Positions 13,051 through 26,215 of a DNA stretch of 64,000 bases are shown in pieces. The notes under the pieces were generated by a model that was not told the DNA's origin, did no database searches, and saw only the letters and a program-made list of their open reading frames with translations. Position 1 is the stretch's first letter, and each line of letters opens with the position of its first letter. This DNA is from Glaucostegus cemiculus (lineage: Eukaryota). Location of the stretch: positions 5,518,001-5,582,000 of the forward strand of contig CDPCPM010000026.1 of the NCBI GenBank assembly GCA_976551045.1, read 5' to 3'. Both the position numbers and the translations under genes were made by a program.

Positions 13051-15652
13051 TGTGTGGAGGCTAAATATTCTTTGAATCACTCAGCTGCTGGTAAGTAGAA
13101 TACAAATGAGCTAAAAATCTTTACTTACTCAGTTTTTTGCATAGAAAATTTAATCATCCTTGTGCAACGCATCATGGTGAAATGGAATAATATATATTCT
13201 ATGTAGTTTGTTTTAAAACTGTCAGGACTAAAATTATACTCTAAAACAATTTGGACTGCATTATAAACATTAGGAATAGCTTGATGAATGCAAATATATA
13301 TTTAAACTTTATGGAGTGTGAATGTGTTTTCAAATAAAGTTGAGAACATGGTGATTCATTTTCATCTACAATACAAAGACCAAATTAATGAATGTTCAGT
13401 TATTTACTGCTTTTAATGCATTAATTATAACAATATATTTTAACTTTGCCTGGAATAGTGTACAAATAATTTATCCATTGGAAAGTGGAAACTTCTGGTA
13501 CAGCCCTTGATTATGTCACAATGATTATTTTCCACAGAGCTGTTCAGATCTGCAAAGGTAATATTTACACTTGTAGGGGCATGAAATGCCACCAAAGTTC
13601 AATTGCATGACTTTCATGATTTAAGCTTAAATCCAAATATTTCAACAATGTTCACTTTCCTTAAATGTCACACAGTCCTTGAGGGTCTTGACAATGAACC
13701 TATTAGGTGACTCAAACTATGGAGTCTTTTTTTAGTCAAGAAATAGAGGACAAAATGCCAGATCACATTATCAGCAGACATTAATTAAAGCAAAAAGTTA
13801 TAATAGAGCATCATCTTTCAAGCACAAGGTCGCCTATCGTCATTTGTATCATTGATCAACAGCCTCAAATGGCTCTGGTACCCAAGAGAGTTTTAGAACT
13901 GGAGGCACCTGCATGGCTACAAAAGCATGAATCACATTGGTACATGGAGGCACTGATCTAGATTTCTAGCATGACATTCTAAACGTTGCTCTTTTTGTAT
14001 CTATGGTCAGGATTATTGGAATATACAGCAATTAACAGAATACACTGCTTAGAAAATGTATTAAGTATCAAAACCACCTTAACTTATTTGAAAACATTAG
14101 TATAATTACAGAACAGGGTGATAACATCCTGTTGTGAAAATCCACAATTATCACTTACTTTGTTGATATGTATTGGAATTATTGACAAATCATTTTTACT
14201 TTGGTTTCAACATGCAACAGATTGCAAACCATTCTCTTTAATTTCATATGGTGAAAAACATTACTTCATATAACCAATGGAGGCCATATTAAGAAGGGAG
14301 AGCATTCTGTGTATAAAGACCAAACCTGGGAATGAAAGAAATGTTTAGCAGTAACCAAGAAAGTCCAGTGAGTCCAGAGTCTGGTTTTCAGCTTTAATAT
14401 TTTAATTGGATTTGGCTTTACTTCTGATCTTTATTTATTACTGGATTCTTCCAGCATGATAAATATACCGTGAACAATATGAAATTCTACAGGCTTCAAT
14501 TATAAATATATTCTCTTGGTGTTCACAATAATAATGACTAATTTTGATGAGGTTATCATGTGATTAGATTTGAAGGTTTAGCAAATTCGTAACAGCTAAC
14601 AATAATTACATTGTTAGGCACTAGAAATGTTTCCTCCTCTGCTCCATGTTCACTCGGCAAATAACACCAAAAATAAGCTTCTAACTAGGCAAAAGAAAAT
14701 CAAAATGGTTCAGCAGAAAGTCTTATCTTACAGCATGGTATGGGTTTCTGCCCCTTTCCAATACTGAATTACAATGGTATCCTTGATCATTTGAAGGTGG
14801 GAAATGTATGTCCAAGATTAATCCTCTCTCACCAGCTGAGGTGAAACGTTCCTCCTCTAAAGTCACTGAGACGCATTCATATTCTCTTTATTCTGTTCAT
14901 TGCTAGGTTATTGAGGATGGATTTAACCATGTCATTATCTTCCGTAGCTTAGGTTTATTCAGTAGATACTATTGCCAAGCATTCACCTTGCATGGTTGGA
15001 AAGCAAGGTGCACACCTTTCTATGGGTCACAATATCCTGAGATGCACTGTGTTTATGGTGGCACCATTGCTCATTTCCACTTCCCCCCCTTGTTGGTTAA
15101 AGGCAATAATAGAGTTCCAGTTTTCTGGTGCCGTCACCTAATGCTACAACCAATGGCAAGGCTGAAAACTCGCAACCCACACAATCAGGATAGAATATTG
15201 TAATGCTAGTTAATACTGGGATTTAAAGTGATCTGGTTAGGAATTTAAAATTCCTCACCATGACCGCCTGTGGGGAGAAATGGGCATTGAACAAGAGAGT
15301 TTACTGCGCTGTGCAAAATAAGCATGTTGCCAAAAAGATTGTGTTGATATATTACATATGCATATGGTTTTATAGAAAGTTATGAATTGGCTCTACAGCC
15401 AGATGATTTAAAATTATATTTTATTAAATTTGGTTTAAACCTCTTCAGAAATAAGTTTAGCGGGCAGCAGTTCAGTACAAATACAAAGGGATAAAGAGTG
15501 TTCACATTGCGGACTTGTGCTACACGTATGTTGTATCATGCCCGAGTTAAACATTGGGTACCACTGAGTTAATTTATTACAGAACAATTTACCATAGGCC
15601 TTTCAACACTGTATTCAAATAATTTTAAATGGAATAATTAAGATGACCTTAC

Positions 15653-15752
15653 CATAAAACCATGATACACCGATGGCTTCTATTAAGACCCCAAAAAGGA
15701 TTGCTGTTCCAGCTGCAAATTGGTCCAATAATGTGAGCACGTAAATTCCACC
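15653..15752 (-). CDS. slc6a2: Noradrenaline transporter, internal coding exon (100 nt; TM10)
   Basis: tcctag|GGTGGAATT...TTTTATG|gtaag. Translates [33 protein letters not shown](G). Confidence 0.95.
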
Positions 15753-16184
15753 CTAGGAGAAGCAGAACAAGGTAATCAGTACTTTCCACAATTTTAGTTT
15801 ACATTGGCTGGTTTTTGAAAACGTTAAAAAGTGAAAAGATTCAATGAGGTAGTTAATTTGACAATATCCAGGATTATGAGAAAAAAATTAAGATCACAAG
15901 CCCTTTTAAGTCATTAAAAAGCAGATATCCTTCTGTAATTTGTATCATCAAAGAAAGGTTGACAATGGATACTGAGTAACATTTATATTTTGAACTGAAA
16001 GTGTTTGTATTTTGTGCTCTGATACATTAATATTGGAAGTAATTGGGTTTGTTCCTGTGTGTATAAGCACTGAATTTTCCATGATCTGTGTCGAATAAAT
16101 TTGTCATTTCACTTTAAGTTTATTTCATACAAGGGAAAATTACTGAACTGAACGAGTCCACAAATCCAAAATGATAGAGCAAAG

Positions 16185-16510
16185 AAGGGGTGGTGGAGCC
16201 GCTGCTTCACTGTGCCACAGCCACGGGTTCAATCCTGACCTCCAGGTGCTGCCTGTGTGGAGTTTGCACGCTCTCCCTGTGACTGCATGGGTTTCCTCTG
16301 GGTGCCTTGTTTCTTCCCACATCCCAAAGAACTGCAGGTTGGGAGGTTAATTGTCCACTGTAGATTGTCCCTAGTATGTAGGTGAATGATACAATTTGGG
16401 GGAAGGGGGAGCTGAAGAGAATATGGGAAGAATAAAGTATGAATTGGGTGGTTGATGGTTGGTGTCAACCAAGTGGGCACAACGGGCTGTTTCCATGTCG
16501 TATCACTCTA
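16185..16510 (+). mobile_element. tRNA-derived HE1/V-SINE-like element
   Basis: B-box-like gggttcaatcc, V-domain-like ggagtttgcac...gggtttcctc...cccacatcccaaaga, and a CR1-type tail. Confidence 0.85.
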
Positions 16511-17784
16511 AAAGCTCTTGTTCACGTGGAACAAACTGTGTAGTTAGAACACTTGTATTATCGAGTTATCTTGGCTCAAGGAATTAGGTGGAACAATATT
16601 AGCAATCCCAGAAGGCTTCCTAATTGCTCCATAATCAGCAACAAGATATGGGCTCTAATTATTGGGACAACAGTACTGTATCTGAAGCTCTAATGATCAA
16701 AAGTGTCTTCCAGGAGGCCACCCAAAGTCGTTTTGTTTTAATCATAAGTTGCATCTGTCTGCAGGAGGCAATTTATCATTAAACTTTCAGCATGAAGGTT
16801 GCTAAAGTGTAATTGTACTCACTAAGTCTTGTGCTGCAGAGGGAGCTAACAAAAAATGAAAGTACATTTGAATGCCACTTGAAGTTAATGTCAGCTACCA
16901 AGTTGGATGAAACAGAGAGGAAAGAGGGGTTGTAAAATCTTTTAATTGCAAGACCCGACCCCAATGTTCTTCCTTACAGTTCACCATTTTTCCTGCTATG
17001 GATTCCTTGGCATGCACGTCTCCTGTGTTGGAGAGGCAGGACACTTCAGTATGACGTTTAATTTAGGCCCCAACAATGATGGAGGCAAAATGAAGAGGCT
17101 GCAGAAGGCCACTGCTTTCCTAACCATTTCTGGTGAGCCAGAAGAACCAAGTGTGTCCCCTCATTCCCTCAAGAAGAACTCTGATACTTACAGCTAACAC
17201 CACTGGTTCTGAGCCCTGCAATCAGTTCCCCTCCATTCCAATCACAAAACTTTCCCTCCTTTTCCCAATAGCTGGGAATTAAACCCCATCCCTTTGACAC
17301 CTGATTGAACAGTCTGCCCCGCAATCCTCACTAGCCTTTTTGGTCCAAACCTTCTCTCCACCAAGTACCTTCGAACCAACCTGAAGCAAACTACTCTCAC
17401 AATTGTCTACTTCTCCCTTTCCTCTAACCCCTGAATGTATTTCCTACCCTCCCCAACTGCCCACCAGTGCCTGGATCCAAACCCAACCATCCCACTATCC
17501 TTGATCAAGATGCCTGTAAACTTCTGCACCTCACTTCACCCCACAACCATTCTGGCCTTCCCCATTGCTGGGATCTAAACCTTCTTCCTATTGAACTGTG
17601 CTGTATCCCAACTCTGGCTGTGCCCAACCCCAAAATGGCAGCACTGCTCCTAACCTCTAAATTTCCTCTCCCTCCAGACCTTCGTCACCCACCCTCCTTT
17701 ACCTCACACAAACCCTGAGCTTGAGAAACCTGCCCAGACATTTATTCAAATGGTAAGAACTGAAACTTGTAACAAGTTGTTATG

Positions 17785-18150
17785 GAGTTATAGAATCAGA
17801 GAGATATGGCACAGAAACAGGCCCTTTTGGCCCACCAGGTCCGTGCTAACCATTAACCACTCATTTACACCAATTCTACATTAATCCCCCATTTTTATTC
17901 TCCCCACATTCTCATCCTCTCCCCCAGATTCCACCACTTACCTACACACTTGGGGTAATTTACAGTGGCCAATTAACCTCCTAACCCACATGTCTTTGGG
18001 ATGTGGGAGGAAACCAGAGCATCTAGAGGAAACCCATGCAGTCACAGGGTGAACATGCAAATTCTACACCGACAGTGTGTTTGCGAGTTTGAACCTGGGT
18101 CTCTGGCGCTGTGAGGCAACAGCTCGGCCAGTTGAGCCACTGTGCTGCCC
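17785..18150 (-). mobile_element. tRNA-derived HE1/V-SINE-like element (near full length)
   Basis: Reverse complement of the same family, with both tail and tRNA-like head present. Confidence 0.85.
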
Positions 18151-19759
18151 ACATTATCTCTGGCTCTGGAACTCGGAATACGCTCCAGGTCAACGTTTGT
18201 TTGAAACAGCTTTCATTAACATGAATAAATATTTCAAAGTAAACTGAAATTCTTGAGACATTCACTCTGTGTTTTGAGGAGTTAACAATTCCATTTCAAA
18301 GAAATTTAGAAACCGATGTTTGTCAAGTAACCATTTTGTTGCAGTTCAAGAGTATTTGACATAAGGTAAACCTGCAGAGTTGGACTATATTCCCATTTCA
18401 ACATATGTTGCTATTTAAAGATCTCACTTGCTTTCTTGACTGGAGGCCAATATTTCTGATTGTTTAGTTGCATACCTATTCTGTCCATTAGCTATATGTA
18501 ATGGGTCTATAACTAACCAACAGAAATGACCACAGAAACAAGGAAGAGATATTTAGCTGGAGATATTATTTAAAGAAGAAATTATGTTTTTAAATGTTAT
18601 TGTTTAACATCCTCGTTCCCACCTCACCCGCACACCCAACCCTGCCACAAAAAGCCCAAGCAAGTTTGTTTTATTTAATATTTGTCAATTCAGCCTTCCA
18701 GCTGGTGTAGAGTCCATTCTTGCTACTTCCAGGTCATTGGTACAGTGAGTATTTTGTACAAAGGATTCACACTGAAGGCAGCATGTGAGCACAAGTGTGC
18801 AGCTGTAGCCTGTTGGGTTTGCTTACATTCATAAAGAAGATCACAGTAAACCTCAAGAAAAAAATCACAAGGAATTTCTTGGGGTTCCTCCCAAACTTCA
18901 GTCGAACCGTGAACACGTGCTTAACCAAATTTGCATTGACCATTCCTCAAAACTGAGAAGAAATGCAGAGGAAATTTCAGGTGTACTCATGTTTCATTTG
19001 AACTGTAGTGTACTTGATGGGTAGATTCACAATATATATTTCCTATGCCAATTTATTCTCTTGGTATTAAGACTCACTAATCAGCACATCTTCTACAACT
19101 CAGTCTTTCCCAAGATTTCAAATCTGTGGTCATCTAAATCTCTTCCAGTCTTTCCTTACTCCTGTGATCATCAAGTGTTTTTGAGCCCAAATTTGGTATC
19201 ACTTAGCTATTGCTTCCAGATTGACTGATCCTCCCTGCCACACTTTCCAAATTTGAGAATATGCTGTGGAACTTGGCTCTTTACTTTCTCAATAATGGAA
19301 ACACAGCAACCGAGTTGATATGACAGATTTAGCTCTGTTCATAATTAATGGCTTATGTTGACACTAATGTTAATGAGATCCTGCATTGAAATGATACAAT
19401 TACCATGGATGTTTTCAAGCTAAATGTTAATGATTATTTATTGATAAATTCCACTGAAAGGATATTACTTCATTTTCCAAACTACTTCTTCCTACTTTTT
19501 CCCTCAAAGTATTGGAATCAGAACAAATATTCCACTCCGATAAAACACTGCTACTTCTTGTTAATAAGGCTGTTTTCACTTTTTCCTCATAAAGTGGGAA
19601 AAGGTAGCAAAATGAGATAAAATGGTGGGTGTTTCATCCTGTTCCCTTTGTCCTTTTTAAGGCTCCCCAAAATGTTGGCTGCCCAATAGTCAAAGCAGAA
19701 CACTGTTGAAAAAGATAGGAGCCTTCGCAACCTGTTCAAATTGGTATGTAATCACGTTG

Positions 19760-21310
19760 GCAGGAACCCAAATGAACTCTGCAATGTCCTGCTCATCTGA
19801 ACATATCACCAGTGGTGGAAAGGCCCCCAGGTTTCAGGAATTGAATCACTTGCCACAGGATATCTTGCCTCTGATCTGCTGATGTAGATACTTATGTGGT
19901 TGATTCAGCCGAGTTTCTATTCACTGGCAAACTCCAGGATTTTGATAGTGTTGCACAAGGTGATAGTAATGTCATTGAATATCATGGTTCAATGTTGGAC
20001 TTTCTCGTGTTCAAATTGCTTGGCACTTTTGGGTACGAATATTAATTGACACTTATCAGCCCATGCCTGAATATTGTTGAGATCTTGCCATATTTTCTGA
20101 GTAGTTGTGAATGGAAATGAACATTGCCCTATCATCAGTTGAACATCCCCACTTCTGATTGCATGATGTAAGTCAGGCTGTTGATAAAATTGTTGAAGAT
20201 GGTTGGGCCCAGGACACTCCCTTAAGGAAATCCAGAAGCTGAGATGATTGACCCCCAGTGGCTACAACCTCCTTGATGAAAAATGCTATGAAGTTAGAGC
20301 AACTCAGCCATGGAGAAAAGCAGGTGGTCAACGGTTAGGGTCAGGACCCTTTTTCTGGAGTCTGAAACATTGACCGCCTGATTTTTCTCCACGGATGCTG
20401 TCTGGTCTGCTGAGTTCATCCAGCATCATAGGGTTTTTCATCTAGATTCCAGCATCTGCAGTCATTTATTTCTCTGGCTACAACCCCCTTTCTTTGTGTT
20501 AAGTATGATTCCAGCCCCTGGATATTCTCCCCTTGACGCTTATTGATTTCAGTTTCACTCACACTCCTTGATGCCTCATTTCGTCAAATGCTGCCAAGAT
20601 ATTGAAGGCAGTCATCAATACCTCACCTTTGGCATTCACCTCTGTGGTCTAGGTTTGGATAATGGCTGTGATGAGACCTGGTCCTGGCAAATCTCAAATT
20701 TGGCATTAGTAAGCAAGTTGTAGGAGAGTAAATTCTACTTGATAGCAGTGTTGGCAACACTTTCCATCACTTTGCTGATGCTTGAGAGAGGACTATTTAA
20801 TTATTCACTGCCAGTCACACAAAGATTTAGCAAGACTGAAGAGCTTTGATCCGATTCATTGTTTGTCTGATCCCTTTGCTCCATCTACTGCATTTGTTCA
20901 TTTAGCACACATGAAGTCCTGTGTTGCAGCTTCACAAGTATAGAACCTCAATTTTAGGCACACCTGGTGCTGCTCTTGACGTGCCCTTCTAGATGCTTCA
21001 TTGAATGAGGCTTGATCTCCTGGCTTGACAGTAATGACACGTATGCAAGAGAGTGAGATTACAATTTGTGGTGTAGTTCATCTCTGATGCTGGTGATACA
21101 CAGTACCTCGTGGGTTTCCAATTTTAAGCTGCCAGATCTGTTCTGAGTCTCTCCCTTTTAGCAATATAGAAGTCCACACAGCACAATGAGAATGTCCACA
21201 AGAACTGTATGATGGTCACTTCTACCTATGTTATTTTGGGTGGATGCCTCACTCACTTCCTGATACAGACAAAGTCTGGCAGCTTTGCCTTTCAGGATTT
21301 GACCAGCTAG
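19760..21310 (-). mobile_element. Degenerate LINE RT region (CR1/L2 group), interrupted by a palindromic element
   Basis: Minus-strand remnants DLNNIQAWADK, LGPTIF..FIN and GISGVSEKG; many stops and frameshifts. Confidence 0.7.
20275..20474. repeat. Palindromic Penelope-derived short element with a 16-bp target-site duplication
   Basis: Inverted arms; flanked by tggctacaacctcctt (20259-20274) and tggctacaaccccctt (20475-20490). Confidence 0.8.
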
Positions 21311-21319
21311 ATCAGTGAG

Positions 21320-21715
21320 ATGTAGGAGATGCAATGCTCATCCCTTCACCTCCTCTCTCTCACCACCACCCAGGGACCTAAACGGCCTTTCCAGGTGAGG
21401 CAGACGTTCAACCACACCTCTTCCAACCTGGTCTACTGCACTTGATGCTCACAATATTGCCTCTATTGGTGAAACCAAGCATACACAGTAGGTGACTGTT
21501 TTGTGGGACACCAATGCTCTGTCTGCAACAGACATCCCGAAATTCCGGTTGCGTGTCATTTTAACACTCCTTCTCTGTCTCACACCTACCTGTCTGTCCT
21601 TGGCCTTCTCCACTACCACAGTGAGGCTAAACGCAAACTGGAAGAACTACATCTCATATTCTGCTTGGCCAGCTTACAACCTAATGGTAAGGACATTGAA
21701 TTTTGAATTCCTCCC
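21320..21715 (+). mobile_element. Penelope-like element GIY-YIG endonuclease fragment (pseudogenised)
   Basis: Reads QGPKRPFQVRQTF..TSSNLVYC..CS....IGETK, then ORF 21503..21706 VACHFN...KRKLEELHLIFCLASLQPNGKDIEF, typical of the PLE endonuclease C-terminus. Confidence 0.85.
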
Positions 21716-21799
21716 CCACCACCTGGTTCCATCTGCTAATCATACCACCCCCCACCAATCTAGTTCCACTCACTTACCTATTACCTGCTTGCTGATGTC

Positions 21800-22375
21800 C
21801 CAGGATGGATTGAAAGCAATGATGTCTCACTCATCCCAGACAGCGTGAAGCCAAATAGATTCCCATAGCTGCAGCTTTTAGTTGACGGGGATCAGTGAAA
21901 TCCAAGTAGAAGCCAATCAATGCGAAAAGCAGGTCAATTGGATGGAGGAAGGTGGTAGTGGAGGGGGGACAGGTTGGGAGAAGCAAACGGCCCTCAAACT
22001 GTCCTGGCCAGGGACAGAGGAGAGCGGGGAGTGGAGGTCCATGGTGACGATGAAATGGCTGGAGCCAGGAAACTGGAAAGTGACGGAGGGAACAAAAGTG
22101 CTGCAAAGGCAGGTGAGGAGAGACAACAAAAAGGATACTACTGAGGTCGGGAGAAATGAATTCCATAGAGAATGTACAGGCTGAACCAACTGGTCTAGCA
22201 GGACAGTTTTGATTGTAGATCCCCCAGTGAGGACACAGATGGGTGGAGTCTGAGGTTGAGAGTGTGTAGAGAAGATAGTCAGAGGAGGTCAGTGACAGTC
22301 TGGGAAATGATGTTTAATGGTGGAGTCATGATCAGGGGGAGGTATGAGAACGTGTCAGAGAGCTGGTGTTCAGCC
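21800..22375 (-). mobile_element. Penelope-like element reverse transcriptase fragment (pseudogenised)
   Basis: FQFPGSSHFIVTMDLHSPLSSVPGQDSLRA resembles PLE RT motif A (TMDVxSLYTSIP); QLKAAAMG resembles motif B (QxxGVAMG). Confidence 0.75.
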
Positions 22376-22773
22376 TTGCATGTACTCTGCTGTTAATTGA
22401 TGTACAAATTGCATTAGCTTATTTCAGTCAGATGCCATGCTTAATGACTGGCCAAAATGTAATACAAATCAACTGTCTAGTGATTTATTATGTCTCTGAT
22501 TGAACTGTCAGCTCCAGGCAAAAATAGAATCAACATCAACTGCTACAGCTGGAATGTGTACAGGGGTCAAATTTCAAATTGCTACCCAATAGTAAAACAG
22601 ACCATTGTTGTGGAAACCAATGGAAATTTGTTGGAAAAAATGGGTAGTATATGGTAGAGGCTACAAATCCCAGTGTGAACTTCCACATTCAGATGTTGTA
22701 CTGTAAAGTTACATTGTACTCTCTTCATGTTTATTTCCAGTCCAAGTGTTATCATGCTACCATTTAGACTTAC

Positions 22774-22902
22774 ATTGGTGATGCAAAAGAGTGCAACCAG
22801 GAAAGTTCCACCCGCAGTAACAAGCGTGAAAAGCTTTCGATGCTTCTTCAAAACCTTGAAGTCGTCTGTAATTCCGGTAACAACTGCCTCCATGCCACCC
22901 AT
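22774..22902 (-). CDS. slc6a2: Noradrenaline transporter, internal coding exon (129 nt; TM8 end and TM9)
   Basis: ttttcag|ATGGGT...ACCAAT|gtaagt. Translates [43 protein letters not shown], within ORF 22582..22920. MEAV, DDF and HRKLFT are NET-type. Confidence 0.95.
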
Positions 22903-23274
22903 CTGAAAATAATAAATCATGATGGACTACATCAAAACCACAACGATTAAAGTATCTTTCATTGATGATAAAGCTTTATATTAAATTTGGAGCATTCTGG
23001 AAACTGAAAGGGCCTGAATTGTGCTGTAGGTTTTCGATGTTCTATAATGCATTGTGTCTTTCCTCCACATGCATTTGTTAAACATCTGGATGAAATGCAA
23101 AATCACTACAAAGTAATATGTCAGATTTTGGGAGATTTCGATTTTTTTTTATAAATTGTTTTTTTTATTATTGTTCCATTAAATGTGATTTTAAAGCATC
23201 CTGGAAGCAATATTAAGAAATCTAATATAGTAATTATGATGCTAACTAGCCATATATTTGTACATAGATTGAAA

Positions 23275-24210
23275 TTAGAACATAGAAAAACTACAGCACA
23301 ATTCAGGGCCGAAGGCCCACAAAGCTGTGCCGAACATGTCCCTACACTAGAAATTACTAGGCTTACCCATAGCCCTTTAGTTTACTTAGCTCCATGTACC
23401 TACCTAACAGTCTCTTGAAAGATCCTATCATATCCGCCCTCACCACTGCTTCTGGCAGCCCATTCCACGCACTCACCACTCTGAGTAAAAATCTTACCCC
23501 CGACATCTCTATATCTACTCCCCAGCACCTTAAACCTATGTTCTCTTGTGGCCACCATTTCAGCCCTGGGGAAAAGTCTCTGACTATCTACCCGATCAAT
23601 ACCTCTCATCATCTTATATACCTCTATCAGGTCCCCCCTCATCCTCCTTCTCTCCAAGGAGAAAAGGCCGAGTTCCCGCAACCTGCTCTCATAAGGCATG
23701 CTCCGCATTCCAGGCAGCATCCTCGTAAACCTCCTCTGCACCCACTCTATGGCTTCCACATCTTTCCTGTAGTGAGCCGACCAGAACTGAGCACAATACT
23801 CCAAGAAGGGTCTGACCAGGGACCTATATAACTGAAGCAATACCTCTCGGCTTCTAAATTCAATCCCGCGACTGATGAAGGACAATACATCATATGCCTT
23901 CTTGACCACGGAGTCAACCTGCGCAGCCGCCTTGAGCGTCCTATGGGACTCGGACCCCAAGGTCCCTCTGATCCTCCACACTGCCAGGAGTCCTACCATT
24001 AATACTATATTCCGCCAACATATTCGACCTACCAAAATGAACCACTTTACACTTATCTGGGTTGAACTGCATCTGCCACACCTCAGCCCAACTCTGCACC
24101 CTATCTATGTCCCTCTGCAACCTCTGACAGCCCTCCAAACTATCTACAACACCACCAACCTTCGTGTCATCCGCAAACTTACTATCCCACCCCTCCACTT
24201 CCTCATCCAG
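23275..24210 (-). mobile_element. Relatively young, 5'-truncated CR1 (HER1-like) LINE
   Basis: ORFs 23941..24420 (SKFADDTKVGG...WQMQFNPDKCKVVHFG) and 23400..24035 (LYRSLVRPFLEYCAQFWS...LGLFSLERRRMRGDLIEVYK); few frameshifts; 3' tail near 23280. Confidence 0.95.
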
Positions 24211-26004
24211 GTCGAAGCATTTCAGCAGTTTGTCTCTACAAATGGCAAAAACCCAGTGTCTATTGTGTTCAGAAGGTTTTGTCAGGGATAATCCAGAATG
24301 ATAGATGCTGGAAAGGCCGTCTAGCCCTTGCATAAAGAACCTGTTGAGGCAGAACGGTCTTGTAAAAACCAGACTCAAAAGGCAAAATACAAAGGAGTCG
24401 AGGCTGCTTAAATCAAGCAAATGACCCAGATAACAGGCAGTGTAGCATAATTAATTCATGATTACATGATAATAAGTTGCGTTATTGGGAACAATCAAAT
24501 CTAATTAGAGCCCTTTCTCCATACAGGGGCTAGATGTCTCACTTTCCGCTAGGGATAGCTGGCATAAGAACTGAAACTCCTTGCATTTACATGGGGTCAC
24601 TGACCCTGTGAGAAAAGGTAAGTGGTTTGTTTATTTCACTTTATCTTAATGTGTTGGATTATTTGCCTTAAGGGGTTTTAATTAGCTGTTAACAATATTT
24701 TAATTAACTTGAGTGGTTTTTAAATGTCTATCAGTAGCAAAGCTGTCAAAGTGCATCTGGGCATTCCCAGGGCAGTGCCTCAGTTTCCAAAACCCAAGGC
24801 TTGCAGGGGGGTCCAGTTCCTGGTGCCTCATTGGGCACCTATTCAGCAGTGAAGATCAGCCCTCCATATCTGGAACAGGTTAGTACAGGCAGGCAGGCAC
24901 TGTGGCCTGCTGGCTCAAGCAGCTGGCAGGACCCATGACATTCAGGCCTATTGAGACCACCGAAGGACCCAAATAATACTAATGGGTGAAAGGGGGTATT
25001 TATCTTGTATTTGTAAGAAGAGCAAAGGAAAGCACTAGTTTCCCCAAACACAGCTGGCTTCCAAATACACTTAGAATATACTGAAAATTATGTACAAATG
25101 ATTAAGTCATGTTCTTCTCCCTCAGCAGTGATTTTTATCAACCAGCTATAAACAAATTCCCTGCTAACATTAATGAGTCACTGCTGAAAGGATGGAATTT
25201 GGTGATTGTGAATAGACAAAATTATAGTCTCCTAGTTCTGCATTTCCAAATATTTGCAATCGTCACTTTTTCCTTCTGTTAACCAGCTTGCCATGTCGAG
25301 GATGCAGATGGATTCCCAACTGCAGTGCCTTGCATTGAAACATTGGGAGGGACACAAGGAGATGAAGAAAAAGATGCAGCTTGTTGCAAGCACGTGCATT
25401 AATACTCACTCAGCTTGGACTTCTCATTCTGCACCCTTACTAATTGGTTGCCAAAGAATGTTAGTAGCAAGGGCAACTTTATCAATACTTTAATCTGCTA
25501 ATTACAAGTTATTGTACATGCTTTCCAATTGAAAGCATGTGTGTTTGTTTCCATTTTATGCATTCTTGGATCAAGGTTTTGTTGGCAAAATCAACACTTA
25601 ATGACCACCCCTCACTGCCCAATTTGGTTAGATGAGGCTTTATCTTGAATCAATGCAGTCCCTGTGTTGTTTCGGGAGACTTGCAGGATTTTTATCTCAG
25701 ACAATGACAGGATGGGGGAAAAAATGCTGTTGCTCTTGGCAGCTTTTTGTTAATTCAAAAAAGCCTTAACTATACTCTCTGAAAGTTGGTACATTAGCTG
25801 AGAATGTCCCACTTCAGAAGACTCTCTTTACGTCATCAGGAACCAAGAATGCTGGCTCCTGGAGGCTTAATGAAACATTAGCCCTGGTTCTAATCCTGCA
25901 GAACCTAACTTGTGCAAAGTAACATGAATAAATGCAGTACAGAAAGGGAGTGTAAATTAGTGAACCAATGGCCCCATATTAGATCGTCATCTCCAACCCC
26001 AAAA

Positions 26005-26215
26005 TAACAACAGAAAATGTTATAAAAATACTCAGCAGATCAGGCAGCATCTGTGGTAGGAGAAACCGAGCCAAAATGGTGGGAGGATGTACTGCGGGCA
26101 AGGTTATCAAGCTGTAAACTTGATCCTGTTTCTCTCTCCACAGATGCCACCTGACTTGCTGAGTATTTCTGACATTCTCTGTTTTTTATTTCATATTCTC
26201 AGCATTGACAACTGT
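26005..26215. repeat. Palindromic Penelope-derived short element
   Basis: Arm ctcagcagatcaggcagcatctgtgg and inverted arm ccacagatgccacctgacttgctgag. Confidence 0.75.

Noticed and set aside
17200-17720. C-rich stretch with loose ctggga.taaacc repeats and an 83-aa ORF
   Set aside because: Low-complexity decayed repeat; no coding or structural signal I can support.
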